DNA from: an uncultured Candidatus Peribacteria bacterium
GTDB taxonomy: Bacteria > Patescibacteriota > Gracilibacteria > Peribacterales > Peribacteraceae
Direction: 5' to 3'
DNA length: 64,000 bases
Assembly: GCA_964562885.1 (NCBI GenBank)
Contig: CAZLVC010000003.1
Coordinates: 10,427 to 74,426 of the forward strand
Both the position numbers and the translations under genes were made by a program. The notes beneath the pieces were generated by a model. It had not been told where the DNA came from and did no database searches. It was given only the letters and a program-made list of their open reading frames with translations. Shown here piece after piece: positions 46,279 to 55,600 of the stretch (position 1 is the stretch's first letter; each line of letters opens with the position of its first letter).

Positions 46279-46332
46279 AGATAGGTTGTAGGGGGTAGGT
46301 TGTAGATCTAAGGTAAAGAAGGTAGGGGAGGC
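46279..46332 (+). repeat. Copy of the GATAGGTTGT.G ... TAGGTTNTAGAT.TAA.GTAA element, 19 nt upstream (antisense orientation) of the comEC-like ATG
   Basis: AGATAGGTTGTAGGGGGTAGGTTGTAGATCTAAGGTAAAGAAGGTAGGGGAGGC. It shares GATAGGTTGT.G and TAGGTT.TAGAT.TAA.GTAA blocks with the reverse complement of 36328-36410. Confidence 0.5.
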
Positions 46333-46495
46333 ATTGAAAGTGCTTGATATTGTTCCAGTGAAATAGTTTTCTATTACTATATGACGCAAATTACGAGTGT
46401 GATTTTTCTACTAATCAGTAGACAGATTCGCGTGCCTCACGGGAGTATGTGCATATTTTTTAAGAGATTGTTGATAATGATTGGCGATAGAATAA

Positions 46496-46527
46496 TAAAA
46501 AAGCCGCACCTTCTTTTGGGTACGGCT
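46496..46527 (-). terminator. Intrinsic terminator of the LPXTG/FN3 gene
   Basis: The minus strand reads AGCCGTACC-CAAAAGAA-GGTGCGGCT followed by TTTTTT: a 9-bp stem with one G:U, 18 nt after the stop at 46546. Confidence 0.7.
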
Positions 46528-46545
46528 ATGGTTACTAGTCCATTA

Positions 46546-47454
46546 TTACTTCTTTTTCTTTTTCAACGATCGGCTGGCAAAGTAGCCAGAGACTGCTGTA
46601 ATTCCGACAAGAGGTAAGCCTGTTTGTGGTAATTTATTAGTATTGATGATGGTTTTAGGCTCCGGTGTTGGCATCTCATATGTTTGTTGATCTGGAGCGG
46701 TGAATCCTATAAAAGAGATAGTTGTTCCAGTGGCAGACTTCGCTCCATCCTCTGCAGGAATTGCTCCTGTTATGGTCATCGTATAACTTTGACCAGGAAT
46801 TTGTGGCGCGGTTGTAATGTGCATGACCGAACCTGCAACTTTAAGGGTAAGAATAGGAAGTGTCGTGGTTTCATTCCTTGTAATATGGAAGATTCCATAA
46901 AGAATTTCAGCAGCAGGTAGTACATCTTTATTAAAAGAGACGTTCACATTTGTAGGTGAAGTTGCAATTGCACTGCGCATTACCAGGGGTTCTATTGCTG
47001 GTTGACTAATAGGTGTAGTCGTAACTGATGTTGACGAAGAGGTGGAGGACGAAGAAGAGCTGCTAGGAATAGCGACTATTGCCTCCGATTGGAACCCTGC
47101 ACTTTCAGCTCCATCGGCGTTAACAGCAAGCACGCTGACGTAAATTTTTTCAGAAGCTAGTGGAAGCGAAGCGAAGGTATAGGAAGTGTCGTTTGTTGAA
47201 GTTTTTCGGAAATCGTCGTAATCGCCCCCATTATTTAAGATCGATTTAGAGCTGACGTACACGCGGTAGTATGCAATGGCAACCGAGTCGGTTGCGGCAT
47301 TCCACGATGTGACAAGCTTCCCACCCTGCAGAGACGCCTTAACACCACTGACAGGTGAAGGAGTAGACGCAGCTAAACCAAGTGATGGCACGCAGAGCGC
47401 AAGAGCAGAGGCAGCCGAAAGAATAAGGAGTGAAGATTGATATTTGTTTTTCAT
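46546..47454 (-). CDS. Secreted fibronectin-type-III-like protein with C-terminal LPXTG sortase sorting signal
   Basis: Signal peptide (…LALCVPSLGLAAS), FN3-like segment (…LVTSWNAATDSVAIAYYRVYV…YTFASLP…IYVSVLAVNADG…) and a Ser/Thr linker. The C-terminus has LPQTG, a hydrophobic stretch, then SLKKKKK. Confidence 0.75.
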   Translation of the reverse strand: MKNKYQSSLLILSAASALALCVPSLGLAASTPSPVSGVKASLQGGKLVTSWNAATDSVAIAYYRVYVSSKSILNNGGDYDDFRKTSTNDTSYTFASLPLASEKIYVSVLAVNADGAESAGFQSEAIVAIPSSSSSSSTSSSTSVTTTPISQPAIEPLVMRSAIATSPTNVNVSFNKDVLPAAEILYGIFHITRNETTTLPILTLKVAGSVMHITTAPQIPGQSYTMTITGAIPAEDGAKSATGTTISFIGFTAPDQQTYEMPTPEPKTIINTNKLPQTGLPLVGITAVSGYFASRSLKKKKK

Positions 47455-47644
47455 AATAGTACTATTATAGCAATTTTATGCTTTTTAAGCAAATGAAAAA
47501 TAAGAAGAATATGCCTGAGTAATCACCACTCTTTAATCTATGCCTCAATTTATTAATAGAATATCGAATTATTATACAAATAACGAGAGCCCGCCTGAAG
47601 GCTCCGTACTCGATTCGGCAAACAATGAACGCGATATTGGCGGA

Positions 47645-47830
47645 ATGAAAGAATCAGTTGCAGTAGCATGCTTGGTGTTTGGGCTCGCGGTATCTGGTGT
47701 ATTTGGGTATCACATAGGTTACGAAGAAGGGCGAAAGCAAGAGCGTGAATCACTTCATAAAAAAATAAGGGAGAAAGATGTGGAAAATAGAGAATTACGA
47801 CGACGTCTTTTTATTCCAAGCCAACAATAA
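47645..47830 (+). CDS. Small single-TM hypothetical protein
   Basis: MKESVAVACLVFGLAVSGVFGY... followed by a charged tail. The longer ORF from 47540 is possible. Weak support. Confidence 0.35.
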   Translation: MKESVAVACLVFGLAVSGVFGYHIGYEEGRKQERESLHKKIREKDVENRELRRRLFIPSQQ

Positions 47831-48032
47831 GTGAAAGAGAAATGGTGCAAAAGAGAAAGAAAATTTGTTGACCTCTTCACATGAAGCTTAGAAATCAACT
47901 TCTCCATATTTTTTCTTTATTCATTCATACAATTTTTTGGCTTCCATTAAACATATACTTGGATACACATTTCTTTTTTTTGACTTCAATTATGAGTGAT
48001 TCATACTCCGCGGGCATTTAAAGTACCTATTT

Positions 48033-48344
48033 ATGAGCACTATTTTTTTTCTGAACAGAAAGGGCGAAGCAGTTCCCTTTTCTACAAAAGGACTGGATAG
48101 AGTACCGATGGAAGCTAAAGAATTTTTTGCAAAAAAACGTTGCGATTTTCCTTCCTGGGAGGTTTTAATCAGGGTAAATAGGAAGGTTGCTGCTATAGAG
48201 CTGGAAGCTAAAAAAAGGGCAAATCCTTATGAGGTATATCAAGTGAGTAGAGCACTTTTTGAACGCCTATTTCAGTCAACACTCGATCAAATTATCGATG
48301 AAAATAGATCGTCGCATAGTGTGCCCCAAAGTTCTGTGAGATAA
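48033..48344 (+). CDS. Hypothetical protein (103 aa)
   Basis: ORF only; no recognised motif. Confidence 0.4.
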   Translation: MSTIFFLNRKGEAVPFSTKGLDRVPMEAKEFFAKKRCDFPSWEVLIRVNRKVAAIELEAKKRANPYEVYQVSRALFERLFQSTLDQIIDENRSSHSVPQSSVR

Positions 48345-48385
48345 GTCATCCATTATCATTCATATTTTCTTTCTTTTCTATTTTT

Positions 48386-48601
48386 ATGGTCAATTTAATT
48401 CCGTTTGTCGATAGTCATGGTTCTACTCAAAGGATTAATCAAAAAGATCCGATTTTAACTTCACATAAAAGCCTTGCCGAATATTTAGGATTTTCTTCTG
48501 CTGAAGAAATGATTGCAGCACAAAGAAACGACACCGGAAAACGTCTTTATAATGTTGTGAAAGGAGAACAAGGAATCGAAACAGATTCCTTGCCTTCGTA
48601 A
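48386..48601 (+). CDS. Hypothetical protein (71 aa)
   Basis: ORF only; it lies 41 nt downstream of the 103-aa ORF on the same strand. Confidence 0.35.
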   Translation: MVNLIPFVDSHGSTQRINQKDPILTSHKSLAEYLGFSSAEEMIAAQRNDTGKRLYNVVKGEQGIETDSLPS

Positions 48602-48618
48602 GACATATTCATTATTCC

Positions 48619-49212
48619 CTATCGTCTACCTGCGATGGCTTCGCGTAGTGTTATTTGATCTGCAAATTCTATATCTGCACCCATAGGTAACCCATGCGCT
48701 AAACGCGTTACTTTTATGTGAGACATTCTTGAAAGTTTTTGTTTGATGAACATGGCAGTTGCCTCGCCTTCCGTATCTAAATTTGTTGCGATAATAACCT
48801 CTGTACTTGCGCCCTGTTCTACTCGATCAAGTAATTCCTTTAACTTTAGTTGCTCGGGTCCCATACCATCGATAGGCGAAAGGACCCCATGAAGAACGTG
48901 GTATAAACCTTTGTAGCCTGCTTTTTCAAAAGCGACGACTTCTAATGGCTCTTCCACCACTAAAATCATCGTTACGTCCCTGGACGAGTCGGTGCATAAT
49001 TCGCAGCGAGTATTTGTGGTGATCATTTGGCACACCTTGCAGTAGTGTAGGTCTTTTTTTAAAGAGAGTAATGCAGCTCCTAACACCTCGGGTAGCGCTT
49101 TTGAACTTCGAAGCAAATGAAAGGTAAGACGCTCTGCGGATTTTGGTCCAATACCCGGGAGCTTGGTAAATTCCTCAATGGTTTTGGTAATTTGTGAAGG
49201 GAGTAGTGCCAT
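48619..49212 (-). CDS. recR: Recombination protein RecR
   Basis: HhH (LPGIGPKSAERL), C4 zinc finger (CKVCQMITTNTRCELC) and Toprim (ILVVEEPLEVVAFEKAG...IIATNLDTEGEATA). Confidence 0.92.
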   Translation of the reverse strand: MALLPSQITKTIEEFTKLPGIGPKSAERLTFHLLRSSKALPEVLGAALLSLKKDLHYCKVCQMITTNTRCELCTDSSRDVTMILVVEEPLEVVAFEKAGYKGLYHVLHGVLSPIDGMGPEQLKLKELLDRVEQGASTEVIIATNLDTEGEATAMFIKQKLSRMSHIKVTRLAHGLPMGADIEFADQITLREAIAGRR

Positions 49213-49292
49213 ACGAATGAAACATCAATAGATCGAATACAATTTATGCGTATTGAATGATACGATACAAGTATTCATTTACCAATGCATCC

Positions 49293-50072
49293 ATGACTCA
49301 GCGTCGCAAGACCATCATCATACTCCTTTTTTTAGGCACTGTTCTCATAGGAATACGTGGATTTTTGCAATTTAGGGCATCACTGATTCCAACTATTGGT
49401 TGTAACGGCGAGGTGGGGAGTTGTGAAATGGTGATGTCAACGCTGGAGGCACTGCCACCTCAATGTAAAAAATATGTTCGTTCTCTTACCATACAAAAGC
49501 AGCAGGGACAGTACGGAGGTTTTACGGATACGTATGGAAATATGTGGATAGCAGGCGACCTTAACGAGCAGCAGCTACGCGCGCTGGTGATGCACGAGTG
49601 TGGACATGTTATTGACTTCTTTTCGCTTACAGGAACGCCACGTGGAACAAGCAGTCCTTTTACGATTCGTACATTAAGTACATTTGCGGACGACCCAAGC
49701 TTGGAGTTTTACACACTTTCATGGTCAAATCCTCAAAAAAAGCTCCCAAAATCTAAATTAGATGATTTTGTTTCGGTGTATGCACAAAAAGATCCCATTG
49801 AAGATTTTGCAGAAACGTACGTGTATTACCTTATTCATCGTAAAGCATTCGAAGAGCGTTTACCAAGGAGCACGGTTTTGCGCGCAAAGTACAATTATAT
49901 GAAGAAATTACTGGGGACAGACATTGCTATCGCAAAAGGAAATAATTGGAACAACCTCATACCCGGGTCGGTGCCAGGTGTGGACTATGCATGGCTTGGT
50001 CTTAAGGCAGCTGCACCAGCATCGGGTACAGATTCTTCGGTTATTAAGGTTGGAAGTGGACGAACGATGTAG
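49293..50072 (+). CDS. TM-anchored putative zinc metallopeptidase (HExxH; reminiscent of anthrax-LF/Zmp1 M34-type)
   Basis: N-terminal TM (IIILLFLGTVLIGI), HECGH in LVMHECGHVIDFF, and a downstream DPIEDFAETYVYY resembling the EFFAE third-ligand region. The family call is tentative. Confidence 0.5.
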   Translation: MTQRRKTIIILLFLGTVLIGIRGFLQFRASLIPTIGCNGEVGSCEMVMSTLEALPPQCKKYVRSLTIQKQQGQYGGFTDTYGNMWIAGDLNEQQLRALVMHECGHVIDFFSLTGTPRGTSSPFTIRTLSTFADDPSLEFYTLSWSNPQKKLPKSKLDDFVSVYAQKDPIEDFAETYVYYLIHRKAFEERLPRSTVLRAKYNYMKKLLGTDIAIAKGNNWNNLIPGSVPGVDYAWLGLKAAAPASGTDSSVIKVGSGRTM

Positions 50073-50147
50073 GGGTAGTTCGTTTTTACACAAAAATATA
50101 AGGTCAAAAAATTGACAATAAGTCAAAGATTACTATTATTGAGACCT

Positions 50148-50972
50148 ATGACCAACTCTACCAATATCACAGGCACAGACAATACGCCAGAAAGGCCATC
50201 TATCTCACAAGAAGGACGTGAAAACATACTAGGTTCAAATTCGAATGCGTACGCTCGAATCGTAAATGGCACAGAAGAAGCTCGAGTAGAAATGAGTGAC
50301 ATTCTTTGCTGTAGCTTAGCTCAAGCTGGCGACATCCTGCGATCCAAATATCAACTTTCGCCAGAAGCACAAGATCATTTAGTGCATAGAGTTGCTAATG
50401 CACAAGATGGTCAGTGGTGGGCAGCAGAAGCATTAAAGTCCCATCGTGAATTTACGTTATCTCAAAGAAATTATCTCGTTGAGAAAATAGCACGAACCTC
50501 TAATCCTATTTTATCATGCGAAGTACTGGATATTTGTTATGGCTTAACCGAATATCAGCAGGAAGTATTGGTGCAGAATCTTGTCAGAAACAACAGTATT
50601 TTCTCGGCAACGCACCTACTTTCATCTGGAAAAGTTTTTCCTGAAAAGTTACAAAATAAATTAACGAAGATCATTAACGATAATAGTGCATACGAACAAG
50701 CGACCCTCGTCTTAACTTCAGGTGCAACACTTACAAGTACCAATCAAACATTACTTGTTGAATCGATACCCCTTGCGCCTGAAAGTTACATTTATGCAAA
50801 GCAGGTGCTCCTTAAACGAGCCGGATTAATAGAGCGTGAAATAGAAGTCCTTATTCGTGAGATCGTTGCTGCAAATAAACCTGAAATTGCACGTCAAATT
50901 CTGCATGCAGGATACCTGATGTTTAACCAGAGCCAGGTAAGATGTTTAACGAGAGTTGCGGACGCTGAGTAA
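50148..50972 (+). CDS. Hypothetical alpha-helical repeat protein (about 6.5 x 31-33 aa)
   Basis: Periodic L[ST]xxQxxxLVxxIxxxxxxxxAxxxLxSGxx units: LSPEAQDHLVHRV..., TLSQRNYLVEKI..., LTEYQQEVLVQNL..., PEKLQNKLTKII..., LTSTNQTLLVESI..., LIEREIEVLIREI..., FNQSQVRCLTRV.... Position 50112 is a TTG; the ATG at 50148 is preferred. Confidence 0.5.
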   Translation: MTNSTNITGTDNTPERPSISQEGRENILGSNSNAYARIVNGTEEARVEMSDILCCSLAQAGDILRSKYQLSPEAQDHLVHRVANAQDGQWWAAEALKSHREFTLSQRNYLVEKIARTSNPILSCEVLDICYGLTEYQQEVLVQNLVRNNSIFSATHLLSSGKVFPEKLQNKLTKIINDNSAYEQATLVLTSGATLTSTNQTLLVESIPLAPESYIYAKQVLLKRAGLIEREIEVLIREIVAANKPEIARQILHAGYLMFNQSQVRCLTRVADAE

Positions 50973-51046
50973 GACTCTTAGTCTCATTTTTTCAGCAAAG
51001 CTGAGTTGATGTAATTTTTTATAGTGAAATTAAGTGTCTCAATTTC

Positions 51047-51916
51047 CTATGCAAATAGTTGTTCTGGGGAAATGTAGAGGTAATCCAACTCGTCCAATGT
51101 CTTAAAAATGCTAAGAATGTCCGCGAATTGCTTACTACTCGTTTCAATATGAGTAAAACCACAGCGTGCTCGAGCATCGTTCACAAGTCCTAAGAGAAGT
51201 AGCGCAGGCTCACTCGTAACTTCACCAGATCTTAATTTTCGCAAATCTCGTAAGCTTAATCTATTTTTTAGCTCTGCGTTCAGTTCCATAGGATAAATTT
51301 TCTTCCGCACGTCACTAATTATCGGGTCTTTAGTATCCACAACTGCTGCATCGGCTAAACGTACGGCAATCACATTATTTGTATCGTCATCTTTTTTTGC
51401 GCGCCCTACAATTGTATCGGGACATAGTTGTTGCATTTTTTCTAAAAATTTATCATCAGCTGTACCGCTAACTATTACAATTTTAGTGTGTTTTAGTACT
51501 TCTCTAAAAGAAGGATCGGTACGTAATTTTTGATACTCAGTGATGAATGCTTCGCATGCATATGCATCGCCAACCTTATCACCAGCTTGTCTGAAAAATT
51601 GCTGATCAAGTAAAATGACACGTGGAGCATTTCCCTCTGAGGCTAATTGACGTAGTTTCGTAATAGCTTCCTCAGCGGATTGTGAAGTTCCAAGCCTTTG
51701 ACCCTCTTTTATTCCCCATTCTTTCTGCAATTCTTCCATTCTCGTATTTTGTTCCTTAATATCATCATCAATATGAAAAATTGTTAAATCTTTTAAACGG
51801 GGCTGTCTGAATTTTTCTAATGTTCCACCTTCGAGTGTCTCAGTTTTATCTGAAGAGTTTACTGATTCTTCAGAACTATCTTTTTCTGTATTAGGATGAT
51901 GTGTTTGTGTATTCAT
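51047..51916 (-). CDS. Hypothetical protein with possible receiver (CheY-like) fold
   Basis: Pattern LTIFHIDDD...(about 50 aa)...RVILLDQQF...KIVIVSGTADD loosely fits REC beta1-DD / beta3-D / beta4-T spacing. There is no recognisable output domain. Tentative. Confidence 0.45.
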   Translation of the reverse strand: MNTQTHHPNTEKDSSEESVNSSDKTETLEGGTLEKFRQPRLKDLTIFHIDDDIKEQNTRMEELQKEWGIKEGQRLGTSQSAEEAITKLRQLASEGNAPRVILLDQQFFRQAGDKVGDAYACEAFITEYQKLRTDPSFREVLKHTKIVIVSGTADDKFLEKMQQLCPDTIVGRAKKDDDTNNVIAVRLADAAVVDTKDPIISDVRKKIYPMELNAELKNRLSLRDLRKLRSGEVTSEPALLLLGLVNDARARCGFTHIETSSKQFADILSIFKTLDELDYLYISPEQLFA

Positions 51917-52101
51917 ATAATAGTATTATACTCCAACTTAATGCAAAATGCAAACACTTGAAACGAAACTGCTCATTGACCCCTACACTGATGAAGGGTC
52001 TAAAGCCTCTCTTCCCCCATACCCTGGGGTTGTAGGAAATAATAGAAGACAACTGCATATATCGGTAGTGAGCGGTTACCTTGATTGGATTTTCCTCTAC
52101 A

Positions 52102-52539
52102 TCAATCTTTCCCTCTCCTCAACCTCCGCTCGGTGTCGCGATCTTTAATATGCTGGCGTTTATCCAGTTTTTTACGACCCTTCGCTATACCAATGAGTAT
52201 TTTAATATATTTTCCGACGTGTACTTCTAGCGGAATCATCGTCCATCCCCTTTCGGCTTCCTTTGCTTGCATCTTTTCAATCTCATTCTTATGCAGCAGT
52301 AATTCGCGGTCTCGGCCTGGATGATACTCACTTCCATCGCCCGCAAATGCATAGCGCGTAATTTTTGCATTTTTTAGGAAGGGTCTACCACTCAGTAGCG
52401 AGACATAACTGCCAGATAAGTTTATTTGCCCCGCTCTACATGCTTTTACCTCTTGTCCAGTTAAGATCATCCCCGCCTCTAGTGTTTCAACAATTTCGTA
52501 ATCGAACCTGGCGCGCCTATTTTGGGCTACTATCTTCAT
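52102..52539 (-). CDS. smpB: SsrA-binding protein SmpB
   Basis: KIVAQNRRARFDYEIVETLEAGMILTGQEVKA... with a basic C-terminal tail; canonical SmpB. Confidence 0.92.
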   Translation of the reverse strand: MKIVAQNRRARFDYEIVETLEAGMILTGQEVKACRAGQINLSGSYVSLLSGRPFLKNAKITRYAFAGDGSEYHPGRDRELLLHKNEIEKMQAKEAERGWTMIPLEVHVGKYIKILIGIAKGRKKLDKRQHIKDRDTERRLRRGKD

Positions 52540-52659
52540 AGAAGTAGAATACTGAAATTTTATCTAAAAGTATCCTCTATTCCTACGGAGGAAAGTCGCT
52601 AAAATCTAACCGTCACATCTTCAAGTATTACTTCATCAGTTTTTTTACGTTTCAATTCC

Positions 52660-55600
52660 ATGAATCCATCAGACTTTGTTCACCTCCACTGTCATTCTAC
52701 TTACTCGCTTTTAGAGGGCTTACCAACGCCCGAAGAGATTGTGTTGCGCGCAAAGGAATTAGGTCAAAATGCAGTTGGTCTTGCGGATAAAGGGCATACC
52801 TATGGCCTCATTGAGCTCTATAAGGTTGCAAAAGAACATAGTATTAAGCCCATCCTTGGACTTGAAACGTACGTTGCAGCGCGTACTCGGCACGATAAAG
52901 AGTCTTCCAGTGATACAAAGCGATATCCCCTTGTTTTACTTGCGGAAACAATGGAGGGTTACCAAAATATTTTAGAATTAGCGACAAGGGCAGCACTTGA
53001 GGGTATGTACTATAAGCCCAGAGTTGATGCTGAGCTGCTTAAAAAATATGGTAAAGGCCTTATTGCCCTTACGGGTCCTATAAGTGGATTAATACCTCAG
53101 GCAGCATTAGCGGAAGATTTTGAACGTGTTTCGAAATTTACGAAGGAATTTCGTGAGTATTTTGGTCACGATCATGTGTATTTTGAATTGATGGAACTAC
53201 CAAATGTTCCTGGTCAAGCTGAGGTAAACCAGCAATTACTTCGTATGGCAAAAGAGCTAAAAGTACCAGTAGTGGCTACGTGTAATAGCCATTACTGCAA
53301 ACGCGAGGATGCTGAAGCGCATGATGTGCTCCTCTGTATTCAAAAAAATGCATCCGTTGGTGACTCGAGCAGATTTTCCATGCGTGATAGCGATTTTTCC
53401 ATGCGTTCCAGCGAAGAAGTAATTGCTGATTTTTCCCATAGTCCAGAAGCAGTAGAAAATACGCGCATTATTGCCGATAGATGCAATGTCACTATTGAAT
53501 TTGGAAAATATCACATTCCTAAATTTCCAGTTATTGAAAATGAAACCGAGGAATCGATGCTTAAAAAGCAGTGCGAGGAAGCAGTGCAGAAGTGTTATGG
53601 CGAAAAAATAAAGAAGAATTCCGACCTTGAAAAAACAGTCCGCGAGCGTATGGAGTACGAATTAACTGTGATAAAAAAAATGGGGTTTTCAGGCTACTTT
53701 CTTGTTGTTGCCGATTTTGTGCAGGAAGCAAAGAGGCGTGGAATAACTGTAGGACCTGGACGTGGATCAGCCGCAGGATCGATTGTAAGTTACCTCCTCA
53801 ACATCACCACACTAGATCCGCTTGTTGAAGGTCTGCTCTTCGAACGATTTTTAAATCCTGAACGCATCTCCATGCCAGATATTGATATCGATTTTGCGGA
53901 TACGCGTCGAGATGAAGTGTTGGAGTACGTGCGTACGAAATATGGTAACGATCGTGTCATACAAATTTGTACGTTTGGAACATTAGCGGCCCGTGCAGCA
54001 GTGAAAGATGTTGGCCGTGCTTTTGGTGTGTCGTTTACCGAAATGAATGCGCTGGCAAAATTAATTTCAGACCGCCCCGGTACAACATTAGAGGAAGCAA
54101 TGGCAACTGATGAATTAGCGCAAGCCATACGCACAAATGAGACATATCGAAAAATTGTACAGATTGCAGAAAAGCTAGAGGGAAAGGCACGACACGTGTC
54201 GGTGCATGCATGTGGTGTAGTGATCACGCCCGAGCCAGCGGTAAAATACACTGCTCTTCAGCGTGCCCCAAAGGATGAAAATATTATTATCACACAGTAC
54301 GATGCCAAACCTCTTGAGGCTTTAGGACTGGTAAAAATGGACTTTTTAGGACTTAAAAATTTAACAATTATTGAGACAACACTTGAAATTATTGATCGAA
54401 TTCATCAAAAAAAAATAAACATTAGCGATATTCCTGTTGAAGATAAAAAAACTTTTGAGTTACTTTCTCGGGGAGAAACAACAGGAGTTTTTCAACTAGA
54501 ATCTGCTGGGATGCGAAGGTACCTTAAACAACTAAAGCCAACAAAAATAGATGATATTACTGCGATGGTTTCGCTGTATCGACCTGGTCCAATGGATAAA
54601 ATTCCTGATTACATTAAATGTAAACACGGCCAAAAAGAAGTGACGTATTTACATAAAGATCTAGAACCAATTTTACAGCCAACCTATGGGGTAGGTATTT
54701 ACCAGGAACAAATTTTAGAAATGGCACGTGTGTTTGCAGGCTTTAGTTTGGGCGAAGCAGACCTTTTGCGTAGGGCCATCGGGAAGAAGATAAAGAAGGA
54801 GCTAGATGCTCAGCGCCAGAAATTTATTGAGGGAACAGTGAAGCGCGGATACGAAAAAAAGCTCGCACAAACGCTGTTCGATGATGTCATTACTCCTTTT
54901 GCAAACTATGGATTTAATAAGTCGCACGGGGCGTGTTATGCGCGCATTGCGTACGAAACAGCGTACTTAAAGGCACACTATCCCACCGAATTTATGGCTG
55001 CACTCCTTAGTAGCGAAGGCGGTGACACTGATCGTATTGCCATAGAAATTGAGGAGGCACGCGCAATGGGGCTGCGTGTGCTTCCTCCGGACATTAACGA
55101 ATCACTTGCTCACTTTACTGCCATTCCTCCTGATACCATTCGTTTTGGTTTGCTTGGAATTAAAGGTGTCGGTGAAAATTCGATTCGGCAAATATTAGAG
55201 TTACGAGAAAAAGAAGGAAAGTTTGTTTCGGTTGAAGATTTTGCGCGAAGGGTCCCCAGCAAATTACTTAACAAGAAACTTCTTGAATCGTTAGCCAAAG
55301 CCGGTGCACTGGACACATTTGGCGAGCGAGGTTCCTTTGTGCGCCAGTACGACAGAATAGTCGATTACAGTAAGACGAGTGGCATTGAAACGATTAGCGC
55401 ATCGCAGACGGACATGTTTGCGACACTGTCGAGCGAGCAAGGAGGTTCCGTACGCATAGAATTTGAAACAGGAGAAGAGGCAACAACATCACAAAAATTA
55501 GCATGGGAGAAAGAGGCGCTAGGCCTGTACGTCAGTAGTCATCCCTTAGCGGGCTTAAAAAAGTACTTGAGTAAAAAGGCAAGATTAATAGAAACACTTG

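Noticed and set aside
52587-52599. GGAGGAAAGTCGC, resembling the RNase P RNA CR-I motif GAGGAAAGTCC.
   Set aside because: It sits in a 120-nt smpB-dnaE spacer, far too short for a 330-400-nt RNase P RNA. No CR-V partner or P4 pairing is evident. Probably chance, possibly SD-like for nothing nearby.
51917-52660. tmRNA (ssrA) next to smpB.
   Set aside because: Neither flank of smpB contains a GGGG...-type 5' end, a tag reading frame or a tRNA-like ...TCCACCA 3' end. The spacers are only 185 and 120 nt.
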